Of a stretch of 47,683 bases of DNA, positions 22,545 through 35,226 are shown piece by piece (positions within the stretch are counted from its first letter, which is position 1; every line of letters starts with the position of its first letter). Origin of the DNA: an uncultured Neisseria sp. (GTDB taxonomy: Bacteria > Pseudomonadota > Gammaproteobacteria > Burkholderiales > Neisseriaceae); contig CAUVCE010000001.1 in the NCBI GenBank assembly GCA_963550425.1, forward strand, positions 1 through 47,683. Direction: 5' to 3'. The position numbers were made by a program, and so were the translations under genes. A model generated the notes under the pieces. That model saw nothing but the letters and a program-made list of their open reading frames with translations, searched no databases and had not been told where the DNA came from.

Positions 22545-23278
22545 ATGCTGCCTTTTGCGGAGGCCCCTTGATAGGCGGGGTTGGGGTAAAAGACGGTTTT
22601 TGCCTGCTCGGAATAACGCCCGCCCCGCGAAGCGGCCTGTTCCAGTTCGTGTTGCCGCATGATGCCGGCGGCGGATAATCCGGCAATTTTGGCGGCAGTC
22701 AGTTCTTCCGTGCTTTGGGTGAAAAAGGTGTGCGCCTGTTTGGCGGCCTTTCCGCCCAAATCCTCTATCAGCAGTGCGACATATTCGGGGAAGATGTAGC
22801 TGTTGCCCAGTTTGGCCTTCCCTGCCTCACCTATGTCGGTCAGGCTGAATATGGATACGGTTTGGTCGATTGTGCCGTCCCATTCGATTTCAAAGCGGTG
22901 GTTTCCGTAACGTATCGGCCGAATCGGGCATTCTTTGCCGTTGAGCATCAGGCATAGGGCGCGGCGGGTGAATACGTCGTATAGCCAGGCATCGCGGCGG
23001 TCGGTGTTGAACAGTAAGAATGCCGATACTTCAACGGTGTCGAAACCGGTGGCGGTGATGTAGTCTTCGCCGCGTTTGACGTGTTCGCAAAGGGTGAAGC
23101 ATTCCTCGGCCAGCGGGGTCAGGCCGAACCGGATACCGGCCTGCAGGCAGGCCTCGGCATGGCACAAGTCGTCGTAACCGAAAACGGCGGCGGTGTCGTC
23201 AAGGCTTGTTTGCCGCATCTCGGCCTGTTGGCGGATGTGGTCGATGATGTCTTGCGAAGTGGGGATGTATTTCATCAA
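22541..23278 (-). CDS. Hypothetical protein
   Basis: 245-aa ORF with SD AAGGA; stop overlaps the rsmJ start (ATGA). Confidence 0.75.
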   Translation of the reverse strand: MMKYIPTSQDIIDHIRQQAEMRQTSLDDTAAVFGYDDLCHAEACLQAGIRFGLTPLAEECFTLCEHVKRGEDYITATGFDTVEVSAFLLFNTDRRDAWLYDVFTRRALCLMLNGKECPIRPIRYGNHRFEIEWDGTIDQTVSIFSLTDIGEAGKAKLGNSYIFPEYVALLIEDLGGKAAKQAHTFFTQSTEELTAAKIAGLSAAGIMRQHELEQAASRGGRYSEQAKTVFYPNPAYQGASAKGSI

Positions 23279-23360
23279 AATTTCCTTAATGTCTTAAACG
23301 GCAGGTCGGGTTTTGCCTATGAATGCCTGCCGGTTCGTTTTGCTGTTTTTATTCGGCAAA

Positions 23361-23394
23361 CGGCAGGCCGCCTGAATTTGCAGACGGCCTGCCG
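23361..23394 (-). terminator. Variant-DUS hairpin after gyrB
   Basis: CGGCAGGCCGCCTGAA-TT-TGCAGACGGCCTGCCG. Confidence 0.7.
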
Positions 23395-23411
23395 TACCCG
23401 CTGCTGACGCA

Positions 23412-25943
<2,532 letters not shown>

Positions 25944-26059
25944 TCAAACAGCTTTCCCTGACTGAAAAATATCGGGCATTATACCTGATTTTATTGGTTT
26001 ATTCAGCAAAAAGGCCGCCTGAAGCGTTTTTAGGAGGCCTTTTCCAAAAAAAATATTTT

Positions 26060-27172
26060 CTAAATCCGCATGGGCATCACGACATATTTGAAATTCGGTT
26101 CGCCGGGTATGGTAAACAGGGTGGAGCGGTTGGCATCGCCAAAGGCGATTTGCATGTCTTCGGCATGTATATTCCTTAGTACATCCATCAGGTAATTGAT
26201 ATTGAAGCCGGTTTCCAGTTCTTCGCCCTGGTAGGCCACTTCCAATTCCTCGCGCGCCTCTTCCTGTTCGTTGTTGCTGCACGACACGCTCAACAGGCCG
26301 GGTTTCAAATGCAGCCTTACCCCGCGAGATTTTTCGTGCGCCAAAATCGCCGCCCGCTCCAACGCGCCCAAAAGCCGCACGCGGTCGATTAAGAAAATCT
26401 TATCGTTGTCCAGCGGGATGACGCGGTTGAAGTCGGGGAATTTCCCGTCCACCACCTTGCTGATGATGACGCTGCCGTTGCACAAAAAGCGCACCTGGTT
26501 TTTCAACAGTTCGACCGTAACGGGTTCGTCGGGGCGGTTCAACAACTTCGACAACTCCAACACCGTTTTGCGCGGCAGGATGACCTCGCTTTTGGGCAAA
26601 TCGGCAAATTCGGCATCCAAGGTGCGGGCGGAATAGGCCAGGCGGTGACCGTCCGTGGCGACCAGGAAAAGCTGGCCGGCCTCAACCTGCATCAGCAGCC
26701 CGAGCAGGTAATGCCGGATATCCTGCACGGCCATGCTGTATTGCACCTGCGACAACATCTCCTTAAAGACTCCCTGCGGCAGCGAAAAACGCGCGGCGAC
26801 TTCGTCATCCACGTTCATCAGCGGGAAATCCTCCGCCGGCAGGGTTTGCAGGGCGAAACGCGATTTGCCCGCTTTGAGCATCAGACGGCCTTGTTCCCAT
26901 TCCAACGATATCGACGTCCCTTCCGGCAGCGCGCGCAAAATATCCTGCAGCTTTTTGGCGTTGGTTGTGATGCGGAAATCGGACGCGCCGCTGTCGGGGC
27001 CTGCCGTGTGGATTTGGATTTCCAAATCGGTGGCCAAAATCCCCGTCTTGCCCTGTACGTTTTCCAACAGCACATTGGCCAGAATCGGCATGGTGTGCCG
27101 CCTTTCCACAATGCCGGTTACGGCCTGAAGCGGTTTGAGCAGCGCATCTCTTTCTTCTTGCAAAATCAACAT
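26060..27172 (-). CDS. dnaN: DNA polymerase III beta clamp
   Basis: ATDLE, VATDGHRL, GKFPDF and VVMPMRI motifs. Confidence 0.97.
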   Translation of the reverse strand: MLILQEERDALLKPLQAVTGIVERRHTMPILANVLLENVQGKTGILATDLEIQIHTAGPDSGASDFRITTNAKKLQDILRALPEGTSISLEWEQGRLMLKAGKSRFALQTLPAEDFPLMNVDDEVAARFSLPQGVFKEMLSQVQYSMAVQDIRHYLLGLLMQVEAGQLFLVATDGHRLAYSARTLDAEFADLPKSEVILPRKTVLELSKLLNRPDEPVTVELLKNQVRFLCNGSVIISKVVDGKFPDFNRVIPLDNDKIFLIDRVRLLGALERAAILAHEKSRGVRLHLKPGLLSVSCSNNEQEEAREELEVAYQGEELETGFNINYLMDVLRNIHAEDMQIAFGDANRSTLFTIPGEPNFKYVVMPMRI

Positions 27173-27267
27173 ATCTCTTTCCTGTGTTTTAGGTTTTATG
27201 GACGTTTCTAACGAAACGGGTTCGGGGCGCGAAATGCGGCGGCCGCGATGCCGGATAGCCGAAAATC

Positions 27268-28851
27268 CTAACAGCTCTTCATCAAAAGCAACAGCTTTTC
27301 ATAATCCGCGGCCAATCCCGCATCAGATTTCCTCAAATCGGCAATCGTGCGGATGCCGTACATGACCGTGGTGTGGTCGCGCCCCCCGAAGGCGCCGCCT
27401 ATGGCCGGCAGGCTCAGGCCGGTCAGCTCCTTGGTCAGGCTCATGGCCACCTGGCGCGGGCGCGCGATGCCGCGTGTACGCTTTTTGCCCACCAAATCGG
27501 CAACCCGTATGCCGTAATGCTTGGCCACCGCGTCCATAATCAATTCCGGCGTGGCCTCTTTGTTGGCCGTATAAAAAATATCGTTGCCCAAGGTCTCATT
27601 GACCAAATCCACATCGATGCGTTTGTGCAGAAGGCCGCTGGCCGCCTGAAGCCTTTTGAACGCGCCTTCCAGTTCGCGCACATTCGAACGGATGTGTTTG
27701 GCAATCAGGAAAGCCACCTCGTCGTCCAGCGGCACGCCCACCGATTCGGCCTTGCGCTGCAAAATTGCCACCCGCATTTCCAGTTCGGGGGGTTCCAGAT
27801 GCGTTGTCAGCCCCCAGGAAAAGCGCGACTTCAAACGGTCGTCCATATCCTTGATGTGGCTGGGCAGGACGTCGCAGGTCATGACGAGCTGGCGTTTCGT
27901 GGCATGGAAGTGATTGTACAGATAGAAGAACTCCTCCATCGTGCGGTCTTTCCCCTTGATGAATTGGATATCGTCGATAATCAGCAGGTCGTATTGCCGG
28001 AAACGCTCTTTAAACTGGTCGTAGGCATTGGCGCGCACGGCCTTGATGAAGCTGCTGATGTATTCGTCCGAATGAAGGTAGCGCACCCTTGCCTTGGGAT
28101 TGCGCCGCAATAAGGCATTGCCTATGGCCTGAACCAGATGAGTTTTGCCCAATCCCGTGCTGCCGTAGAGGAAGAAGGGGTTGTAGCTTTTGCCGGGTTC
28201 GGCTGCGATGGCTTCGGCAACGGAGACGGCGAAACCGTTGCCGTTGCCCCTGACCAGCGTGTCGAAGGTATATTCGGGCGAAAGATTGGTTTGGGCATAC
28301 CACTGTTGCTGCGTTTCGGCAGCGGCGGCCTTGCGCGCCTTGGCGGAATTTTTGGCGGGTTCTTGGCTGTCTTTCTCTTTGGATTGGATTTTGTCGCGGA
28401 TTTCCGGGCGGATGGGCAGGTTTTTGATGCGTTCGGCCAAAATCTCCTGCGCGGAGCGTTTGACGGCGGGTTTGGCCTTGGCGGGCTGTTCGGCGGCGGG
28501 GGTGGGGTTTTCGGGCGGGCGCTCGTCATTCAGCGGCAATTCGCGCTGCTGCGGGTTGTCGGCAGTGCGGTTGCGGTGTGCGGCCGAGGGTGCGATATGG
28601 AAACCCGTGCCGCGCCCTACCTTAAATAACAGTGCCGGTTTTTCGGGCGCGAACTCGGCGCGCGCCTTGTCGATTTTTCCGGCAAACTGGTTTTTCAGCA
28701 TATTGCAGGCAAACTGGTTTTTGGCATAAACCACCCATACGCCCGCATCTTCGCCCACAGTCAGCGGCGCAATCCAGGTATCGAACTGTTGCGGGGTCAG
28801 CGTTTCGCGCAAACGGCGCAGGCAAAGCGGCCAAAATTCAGCAAGCGTCAT
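27268..28851 (-). CDS. dnaA: Replication initiator DnaA
   Basis: YGSTGLGKTHL, IDDIQF, NVRELEG and GGRDHTTV motifs. Confidence 0.97.
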   Translation of the reverse strand: MTLAEFWPLCLRRLRETLTPQQFDTWIAPLTVGEDAGVWVVYAKNQFACNMLKNQFAGKIDKARAEFAPEKPALLFKVGRGTGFHIAPSAAHRNRTADNPQQRELPLNDERPPENPTPAAEQPAKAKPAVKRSAQEILAERIKNLPIRPEIRDKIQSKEKDSQEPAKNSAKARKAAAAETQQQWYAQTNLSPEYTFDTLVRGNGNGFAVSVAEAIAAEPGKSYNPFFLYGSTGLGKTHLVQAIGNALLRRNPKARVRYLHSDEYISSFIKAVRANAYDQFKERFRQYDLLIIDDIQFIKGKDRTMEEFFYLYNHFHATKRQLVMTCDVLPSHIKDMDDRLKSRFSWGLTTHLEPPELEMRVAILQRKAESVGVPLDDEVAFLIAKHIRSNVRELEGAFKRLQAASGLLHKRIDVDLVNETLGNDIFYTANKEATPELIMDAVAKHYGIRVADLVGKKRTRGIARPRQVAMSLTKELTGLSLPAIGGAFGGRDHTTVMYGIRTIADLRKSDAGLAADYEKLLLLMKSC

Positions 28852-29000
28852 GGTATCTTCCGATATAAAATCTTTTCAAATCATTCAGGTGTACCGGCTA
28901 GCCCGCCGCCCGTCCGAAGCTGGGCGGATTATACCGAAAATCGCCCCCCGCCGCCATGAGGCAGACGGAAGGCGGTATGGCGGGCAGTCCTTGATATTAT

Positions 29001-29029
29001 TTGACAAAAGCCGTTTTTTGGGTTGTAAT
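29001..29029 (+). promoter_or_regulatory. sigma70 promoter of rpmH-rnpA-yidD-yidC
   Basis: TTGACA-17 nt-TGTAAT. Confidence 0.75.
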
Positions 29030-29070
29030 CCGCAGTTTGATATTTCTAAAACCAGTTTTAGGTTTCGGGA

Positions 29071-29181
29071 TGCAGGACAACCCGCAAAGCGCAGCCTTGA
29101 ATTTGACAGGGATTGCGCCATCCGAACAAAACCGAATCCTATCGCCTAATGGGCGGGGTTTGAACCGAAAAGGAAAACTTG
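29071..29181 (+). repeat. Diverged REP2/CREN-like element forming the rpmH leader and RBS
   Basis: ...CTATCGCCTAATGGGCGGGGTTTGAACCGAAAAGGA... matches the 3' core of the 3962 and 39405 copies. Confidence 0.6.
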
Positions 29182-29316
29182 ATGAAACGTACTTACCAAC
29201 CCTCCGTAACCAAACGCAAACGCACCCACGGCTTTTTGGTGCGTTCCAAAACGCGAGGCGGACGCGCCGTATTGGCCGCACGCCGTGCCAAAGGCCGCAA
29301 ACGCCTGGCCGTCTGA
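29182..29316 (+). CDS. rpmH: 50S ribosomal protein L34 (absent from ORF track)
   Basis: [44 protein letters not shown]. Confidence 0.98.
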   Translation: MKRTYQPSVTKRKRTHGFLVRSKTRGGRAVLAARRAKGRKRLAV

Positions 29317-29327
29317 ACAGAAAAACC

Positions 29328-29690
29328 TTGGAACGCTTCGGCAGGCAGTACCGCTTATTGAAAACGGAAGAGTTCTCTTCCGTTTTTGCTTTGAAAAAGC
29401 AATTCAATTGCACCCTACTGCAGATTTCCTATAATTCCGACAACCTGGCCGGCCATCCCCGTTTGGGCCTGGTGGTGGGGAAGAAAACCGCCAAACGTGC
29501 CAATGCGCGCAATTATATGAAGCGCGTGATACGGGAGTGGTTCAGGCGGAACAAGGCACGGCTGCCGCCGCGCGACTATGTCGTGCGGGTGCGCCGTCCG
29601 TTCGGCCGTGCCACCGCAAATCAGGCCAGAACGCAATTGGACAGGCTGCTGCAAGAACATGGCTGCAAAATTACTGAAACTGCTGATTGA
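29328..29690 (+). CDS. rnpA: RNase P protein (probable TTG start)
   Basis: RLLKTEEF and [27 protein letters not shown] motifs. Confidence 0.93.
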   Translation: MERFGRQYRLLKTEEFSSVFALKKQFNCTLLQISYNSDNLAGHPRLGLVVGKKTAKRANARNYMKRVIREWFRRNKARLPPRDYVVRVRRPFGRATANQARTQLDRLLQEHGCKITETAD

Positions 29691-29871
29691 ATTTTACCGT
29701 TACTGCATCAGCCCGCTTATCCCGCCGCGCTGCCGCTATACGCCGACCTGCTCGCAATACGCGCTGGATGCCGTTCGAAAATACGGCGCGCTCAAAGGCA
29801 GCTGGCTGGCCGTCAGGCGGATTGCGCGCTGCCATCCTTGGGGCGGCAGCGGGCATGACCCCGTACCCTGA
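29659..29871 (+). CDS. yidD: Membrane protein insertion efficiency factor
   Basis: [16 protein letters not shown] and [16 protein letters not shown] motifs. Confidence 0.93.
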   Translation: MAAKLLKLLIEFYRYCISPLIPPRCRYTPTCSQYALDAVRKYGALKGSWLAVRRIARCHPWGGSGHDPVP

Positions 29872-29991
29872 CGGAATTGATTCCCCTTCAAACATTTGAT
29901 TTTTCGGTCTTCGGCTGCAAGGGCTGCCCGTATGCTTATGCGAAGGAACAGGGTTTTATACCGCCGTAAATCCCAATCATAGGAAAACCTT

Positions 29992-31623
29992 ATGGATTTG
30001 AAAAGATTGACTTTGTTTTTTGCCATTGCCTGGCTGACGCTTATGGGCTGGGAAATGTTGTTCCCAACCCCCAAGCCCGCACCCGAGGCACAGCAACAGG
30101 TGCAGCGGCAGCATGTCGCCGCCCGGCAGCCCGCATTGGCTCAGGCTGTGCCGATTACGGTTACCACCGATACGGTTACGGCCGTCATCGACGAGAAAAG
30201 CGGCGACCTGCGCGGCCTGACCCTTTTGCAATATGACGCTTCGGACGACCAAAGCAAACCTTTCACACTGTTTGCAGACGGACGCGGGCATACCTATATC
30301 GCCCAATCGGATGTGGTGGATGCCGCCGGCCGCAGCCTGACTCAGGGGTTGAGTTTTAAAAGCGCCCAAAAATCTTACCGCCTGCAGGGTGACAAGGTGG
30401 AGGTGCGCCTGAGTGCCACCACACCCGACAAGGTTCAAATCGATAAGGTTTATACATTTAGAAAAGGCAGTTATCTGATTGATGTGCGTTTTGACGTAAG
30501 CAACCTCAGCGGCAAGCCGATTAAGGCCGATACGGCCTACCGCATGGTGCGCGACCATCAGGCGCCGGGGGGTGAAGGGTATTTCATGCACAGTTATACC
30601 GGCCCCGTGCTGTATACCCCGCAGGGCGGTTTTCAGAAGGTTGATTTCTCCGATTTGGACAGCGATTTCCAAACAGGGCGCGACCAGGCCGAATACGAAC
30701 GCAAAACGCAATCCGGCTGGGTGGGCATGACGCAGCATTATTTCTTCTCGGCCTGGCTTTTGCAGCCCAAGGACGCTCAAAGTATTTGTACGCCCTATTG
30801 CCAAATCGACATCAAACGCCGCGATGACAATTTGTATTCGGCCGGCGTGAATTTGCCCCAGCCGGAATTGCAAAACGGTATCAAGCGCAGTTACACCGTC
30901 TCGCTCTATGCCGGCCCGCAAACCACTTCCAGTATCAGCCAAATCGCAGACGGATTGGAATTGGTCAAGGATTACGGCCGCGTGCATTGGCCGGCAACAG
31001 GCCTGTTCTGGCTGATGGACAAGCTGCACGGCATTACCGGAAACTGGGGCTGGGCTATCGTCCTGCTGACGATTATCGTCAAGGCAGTCCTCTTCCCGCT
31101 CAATAATGCAGCCTATAAGTCCATGGCCAAAATGCGTACGGTCGCCCCGAAAATGGAAGCGTTGAAAAAACGTTACGGCGACGACCGCATGGGTATGCAG
31201 CAGGCCATGATGCAGCTCTACCGCGACGAAAAAATCAATCCTTTGGGCGGCTGCCTGCCCATGTTGCTGCAAATCCCGATTTTTATCGGGCTGTATTGGG
31301 CGATTTTCAGTTCTGTGGAGTTGCGCCAAGCCCCCTGGCTGGGTTGGATTACCGATTTGTCGCGCCACGACCCCTGGTTTATCCTGCCCCTGCTGATGAC
31401 TGCAACCATGTGGTTTCAAACCACGCTCAACCCGCCGCCGACCGACCCCATGCAGGCAAAGATGATGAAGATTATGCCGCTTGTTTTTTCGTTCATGTTC
31501 TTCTTCTTCCCCGCCGGACTGGTGCTCTATTATGTGGTGAACAACCTGCTGACTATCGCGCAGCAATGGCATGTGAACCGTGTAACCGAGCAACAGCGTA
31601 AAAACGGCGAAGTCGTTTCTTAA
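29992..31623 (+). CDS. yidC: Membrane protein insertase
   Basis: GNWGWAIVLLT, NPLGGCLP and PAGLVLYY motifs. Confidence 0.97.
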   Translation: MDLKRLTLFFAIAWLTLMGWEMLFPTPKPAPEAQQQVQRQHVAARQPALAQAVPITVTTDTVTAVIDEKSGDLRGLTLLQYDASDDQSKPFTLFADGRGHTYIAQSDVVDAAGRSLTQGLSFKSAQKSYRLQGDKVEVRLSATTPDKVQIDKVYTFRKGSYLIDVRFDVSNLSGKPIKADTAYRMVRDHQAPGGEGYFMHSYTGPVLYTPQGGFQKVDFSDLDSDFQTGRDQAEYERKTQSGWVGMTQHYFFSAWLLQPKDAQSICTPYCQIDIKRRDDNLYSAGVNLPQPELQNGIKRSYTVSLYAGPQTTSSISQIADGLELVKDYGRVHWPATGLFWLMDKLHGITGNWGWAIVLLTIIVKAVLFPLNNAAYKSMAKMRTVAPKMEALKKRYGDDRMGMQQAMMQLYRDEKINPLGGCLPMLLQIPIFIGLYWAIFSSVELRQAPWLGWITDLSRHDPWFILPLLMTATMWFQTTLNPPPTDPMQAKMMKIMPLVFSFMFFFFPAGLVLYYVVNNLLTIAQQWHVNRVTEQQRKNGEVVS

Positions 31624-31636
31624 ACCGGAAAGCGCG

Positions 31637-31668
31637 GGCCGTCTGAAGGCTTTTCAGGCGGCCTTTTT
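31637..31668 (+). terminator. Mixed canonical/variant DUS terminator after yidC
   Basis: GGCCGTCTGAA-GGCTT-TTCAGGCGGCC-TTTTT. Confidence 0.8.
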
Positions 31669-31710
31669 GCTGTTTGACCAATTTCCGACAATACATTACC
31701 GGACAAACAA

Positions 31711-32892
31711 ATGACGAAAAAATCCCCTCTGATAGCCCTGAGTGCGGGCGAGGCATCCGGCGACCTATTGGGCGCGCACCTTATCGAAGCCATACGCAAA
31801 CACTGCCCGCAGGCGCGTTTTACCGGCATAGGCGGTCCGCGGATGATTGCATTGGGCTTTACCGGCCTTTACGAACAGGAAAAACTGGCGGTAAGGGGTT
31901 TTGCCGAAGTCATACGCGGGTTACCAGACATCTTATCCATACGCAAGGGATTGATAGAGCAAATGAAAGCCGTCAAGCCGGATGTCTTTGTCGGCATAGA
32001 CGCGCCCGATTTCAACCTTCATGTGGAAGAGAAGCTCAAACGGGCGGGCATACCCACCGTCCATTACGTCAGCCCGTCCGTATGGGCATGGCGGCGCGAA
32101 CGCGTAAAAAAAATCGTCCATCAGGCCAACCGGATTTTATGCCTGTTCCCCATGGAACCCGGACTGTATCGGGCTGAGGGCGGGCGGGCCGAATTTGTCG
32201 GACACCCCTTGGCGCAGGGCCTGCCTTTGGAAGCGGACAAAAATGCCGCCCGCGAAAAAATGCGGCTGGACAAAGGCATTCCCGTCTTTGCCCTGCTGCC
32301 GGGCAGCCGGGTCAGCGAAATCGACTACATGGCGCCGATATTCCTCCGTGCCGCCCGCTTATTGCTACAGCGTTACCCCAAGGCGCATTTCCTTCTGCCC
32401 GTGGCCACACACGCCACCCGCCACCGCATCCTGGAACTGCTTAAACGGGTTGAATTTTCCGATCTGCCCGTCCAACTGGTAATTACCCACACCGACTTGG
32501 CCTGCACCGCAGCCGATGTCGTCTTGGTAGCCAGCGGCACGGCCGCATTGGAAGTCGCCCTATGCAAACGCCCCATGGTCATCAGCTACAAAATATCGCC
32601 GCTGACCTATTTTTACGTCAAACGGAAAATCCAAATCCCGCTGGTCGGCCTGCCCAACATCCTGCTTGACAAGGCAATCGTACCGGAACTGCTGCAGCGT
32701 CAGGCACAGCCCCACCTGTTGGCGGGCGCCGTCATAAACTGGTATGAATCGCCTGAGAAGACGGCGGCATTACAAGAAGATTTCCGCAAACTGCATTTAA
32801 TGCTAAAGCGCGATACCAATACCTTGGCCGCCAAATATGTATTGGAAGAAGCCGGCATCAGATTGCCCGATACGGCCGGCAGCGGGCAATGA
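31711..32892 (+). CDS. lpxB: Lipid A disaccharide synthase
   Basis: AGEASGDLLG, IDAPDFN, YVSPSVWAWR and LLPGSR motifs. Confidence 0.96.
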   Translation: MTKKSPLIALSAGEASGDLLGAHLIEAIRKHCPQARFTGIGGPRMIALGFTGLYEQEKLAVRGFAEVIRGLPDILSIRKGLIEQMKAVKPDVFVGIDAPDFNLHVEEKLKRAGIPTVHYVSPSVWAWRRERVKKIVHQANRILCLFPMEPGLYRAEGGRAEFVGHPLAQGLPLEADKNAAREKMRLDKGIPVFALLPGSRVSEIDYMAPIFLRAARLLLQRYPKAHFLLPVATHATRHRILELLKRVEFSDLPVQLVITHTDLACTAADVVLVASGTAALEVALCKRPMVISYKISPLTYFYVKRKIQIPLVGLPNILLDKAIVPELLQRQAQPHLLAGAVINWYESPEKTAALQEDFRKLHLMLKRDTNTLAAKYVLEEAGIRLPDTAGSGQ

Positions 32893-32934
32893 TGTACCGG
32901 TCATTTAAAGACGGGGAAACCCGAAAGGAAACCG

Positions 32935-33525
32935 ATGGATAACGTTTTGATTGCCGGCGTGGACGAGGCGGGGCGAGGCTGCCTGGTCGGCAGCGTGTTT
33001 GCCGCCGCCGTCATCCTGCCGCCCGAATACGACCTGCCCGGACTAGCCGACTCCAAAAAACTGAGTGAAAAAAAGCGGGACGAATTGGCGGTTAAAATCA
33101 AAGAACAGGCATTGGCTTGGTGCGTTGCCTCCGCCGGTGTCGAAGAAATCGCCAAACTCAATATCCTGCATGCCGCCATGCTGGCCATGCGCCGCGCCAT
33201 AACGGGGTTAGGCGTTGCGCCGCAAAAAATCCTGATTGACGGCAACCGCCTGCCGCAAGGGTTGGAAACCTTGGCGGAAGCCGTGGTGAGGGGCGATGGC
33301 AAAATCCCCGCCATATCTGCGGCATCGATACTGGCCAAAACTTCCCGCGACGCCGAAATGTACGCCTTGGCCGAACACTATCCGCAATACGGTTTCGAAC
33401 GCCACAAAGGCTACGGCACGGCTGCCCATCTGGCCGCATTGAAACAATACGGCGCGTTGCCCGAACACCGTCATACTTTCGCCCCCGTGCGCGAAATATC
33501 GGCACAAGGGCGGCTGTTTGATTAA
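32935..33525 (+). CDS. rnhB: Ribonuclease HII
   Basis: [23 protein letters not shown] and HKGYGT motifs. Confidence 0.96.
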   Translation: MDNVLIAGVDEAGRGCLVGSVFAAAVILPPEYDLPGLADSKKLSEKKRDELAVKIKEQALAWCVASAGVEEIAKLNILHAAMLAMRRAITGLGVAPQKILIDGNRLPQGLETLAEAVVRGDGKIPAISAASILAKTSRDAEMYALAEHYPQYGFERHKGYGTAAHLAALKQYGALPEHRHTFAPVREISAQGRLFD

Positions 33526-33540
33526 TCAAATCGGCATTAG

Positions 33541-34005
33541 TCAGTGCAGGCGGAAAACCCTGCCTTCGGTTTGGCGGCTGTCCTGTCGCGCGTTTCCAGG
33601 TATTTCCCCTTCTTTTCGGACCGCCCTCAGCAATACGTTTCCGGCATCGTCTTCAAGGGACAACGTTTGGTTGCGGATGCGGAAGGCCGATGCCTGAGTC
33701 AGTACTTGGCTGATGCCGCCCTCGGCACTGCGCATTTCTTCGCTGCAGGCCATAAGTGTGGAAACGGTATAACCGAAACGTATGCCACCCTGACCGGCCG
33801 TATAGTCCGTAGACAGGCGGTTGCAGCCCGCGTAAATGCCCAAACGTCCGGCCTTGACATCAAAATCCAAGTCGGATTCCTGTGAAAGGCCCCGTCCCCG
33901 AACTTCGCTGATTTTCCATTTTCCTCCCAGCGCGTCCGCATCCAAGCGGGTAATTGAACAGGAGGCCAAGAGTAAGGCAGCCGTAAAAATGGCCATTATC
34001 CGCAT
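33541..34005 (-). CDS. META/HslJ-domain lipoprotein
   Basis: Lipobox LLASC, AGCN and STLMAC motifs; SD GGAGG before ATG 34005. Confidence 0.85.
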   Translation of the reverse strand: MRIMAIFTAALLLASCSITRLDADALGGKWKISEVRGRGLSQESDLDFDVKAGRLGIYAGCNRLSTDYTAGQGGIRFGYTVSTLMACSEEMRSAEGGISQVLTQASAFRIRNQTLSLEDDAGNVLLRAVRKEGEIPGNARQDSRQTEGRVFRLH

Positions 34006-34159
34006 AATATCCTCCAAACTTAAAACGGCCGGTTGTTTCCGGCGGCATATTTGTCAAAATCTTCAAAACGGTGGAAACCACGTCCTTCGGTGCGGCAGGG
34101 CAGGGAAAATATGGCTGAAACGATGATTTTTACGAATTGACGTCATATAAATAGTCATT

Positions 34160-35218
34160 TCAGCCATAAGTACTCGCCTGTTCGCCGTTATCAAACATAA
34201 GCGTTTTTTCCGGCCAGCGCAATGCCGCCAGGCGGCAGCGTGATGCCTTCGGTTTGCCGGGGGCGGCATTCAAACGTTCCCGCCAGCGCGCGCCTACCGA
34301 GTAATCGACGCAGAACACGTTGCGCCGCCTGCCCAGCCAGGCATCCGGCTGTTCTGGGAACAGGGGATTTTGGGAAGCGCGGTCAAAACCGTCATACCAG
34401 TTTCGCCAATAATGCCCGACCACCACCGCAGTTTCGCCGGTATAGTCGTCCCACCATGCGTTGCGCGAGGTAAAACGCCATCGGCCGGACGCATAAAACG
34501 GTGTGTCCGCCCTCCGTTCCGTGCCGCAGGTCAAGGCACGCAGGGGGTTATGGCTGCTTTTTGCCAAGTCATAGGCGGAGGTAGCGGAAAGGAAGGGAAG
34601 CCGGCTGCCGGCATCTTCCTGCATTTCGGCATATTCCTGTTGTTCGCGCAAATAATCGGGATACCAGTCGGCCGTTTCCAGGTGTTTTTGTAAGTCGCCT
34701 TCCCAACGGCGGTATTGTTCGACCAAGCCGCAATCGGCATATCGCGCCAGTTTGCCGATTTGTTCGGGCAGCCAGGCAGCATGGACGATGCGTATGTCGC
34801 CGCGCGCCAATATGACGGGCATCTGTGCCAGCCATTGTTTGAGCGGCAGGCGCGCTTCTTCGGCTATCCGCCGCCAAGGCGCGTAACGTTCGGCATCTTT
34901 GTCGCGGCGGCTGTCAAAAAACCAGCCTGAACCGTCTTTTGCATCGCCAACCAAGAGATTGAGTTCGTGATTGCCCAACACCATTTTGGCAAAACCCGCT
35001 TCGTGGGATTGCCTGAACCAGTCAAGCACGGCAGGGCTGTCGCCGCCCCGATCGCAGAGGTCGCCGACAAAGACGGGAATGCGGCCGTTCGGATGGTATC
35101 CCAAGGAATCGTATCCCAGATGGTGCAGCAGGGATTGCAGCGCGGAAAATTCGCCGTGTACGTCCCCGATGATGTCTAGCGGCACATCGGGCAGGCTTTG
35201 TATGGCTTGGTAGGTCAT
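34160..35218 (-). CDS. Calcineurin-like metallophosphoesterase (PPP/ApaH-like)
   Basis: IGDVHGE, GDLCDRG, GNHE, VHA and VVGHYW motifs. Confidence 0.9.
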   Translation of the reverse strand: MTYQAIQSLPDVPLDIIGDVHGEFSALQSLLHHLGYDSLGYHPNGRIPVFVGDLCDRGGDSPAVLDWFRQSHEAGFAKMVLGNHELNLLVGDAKDGSGWFFDSRRDKDAERYAPWRRIAEEARLPLKQWLAQMPVILARGDIRIVHAAWLPEQIGKLARYADCGLVEQYRRWEGDLQKHLETADWYPDYLREQQEYAEMQEDAGSRLPFLSATSAYDLAKSSHNPLRALTCGTERRADTPFYASGRWRFTSRNAWWDDYTGETAVVVGHYWRNWYDGFDRASQNPLFPEQPDAWLGRRRNVFCVDYSVGARWRERLNAAPGKPKASRCRLAALRWPEKTLMFDNGEQASTYG

Positions 35219-35226
35219 GTGGCGGG

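Noticed and set aside
29001..29327. 229-aa 'extended RnpA' in the ORF track
   Set aside because: The extension starts in the -35 box and overlaps rpmH in another frame. RnpA homology begins at about 29328.
29977..31593. Long antisense ORFs (538 aa opposite yidC; similar ones opposite the DUF2130 gene, mgtE, gyrB, pdxA)
   Set aside because: Shadow frames of GC-rich, codon-biased genes with no recognisable motifs.
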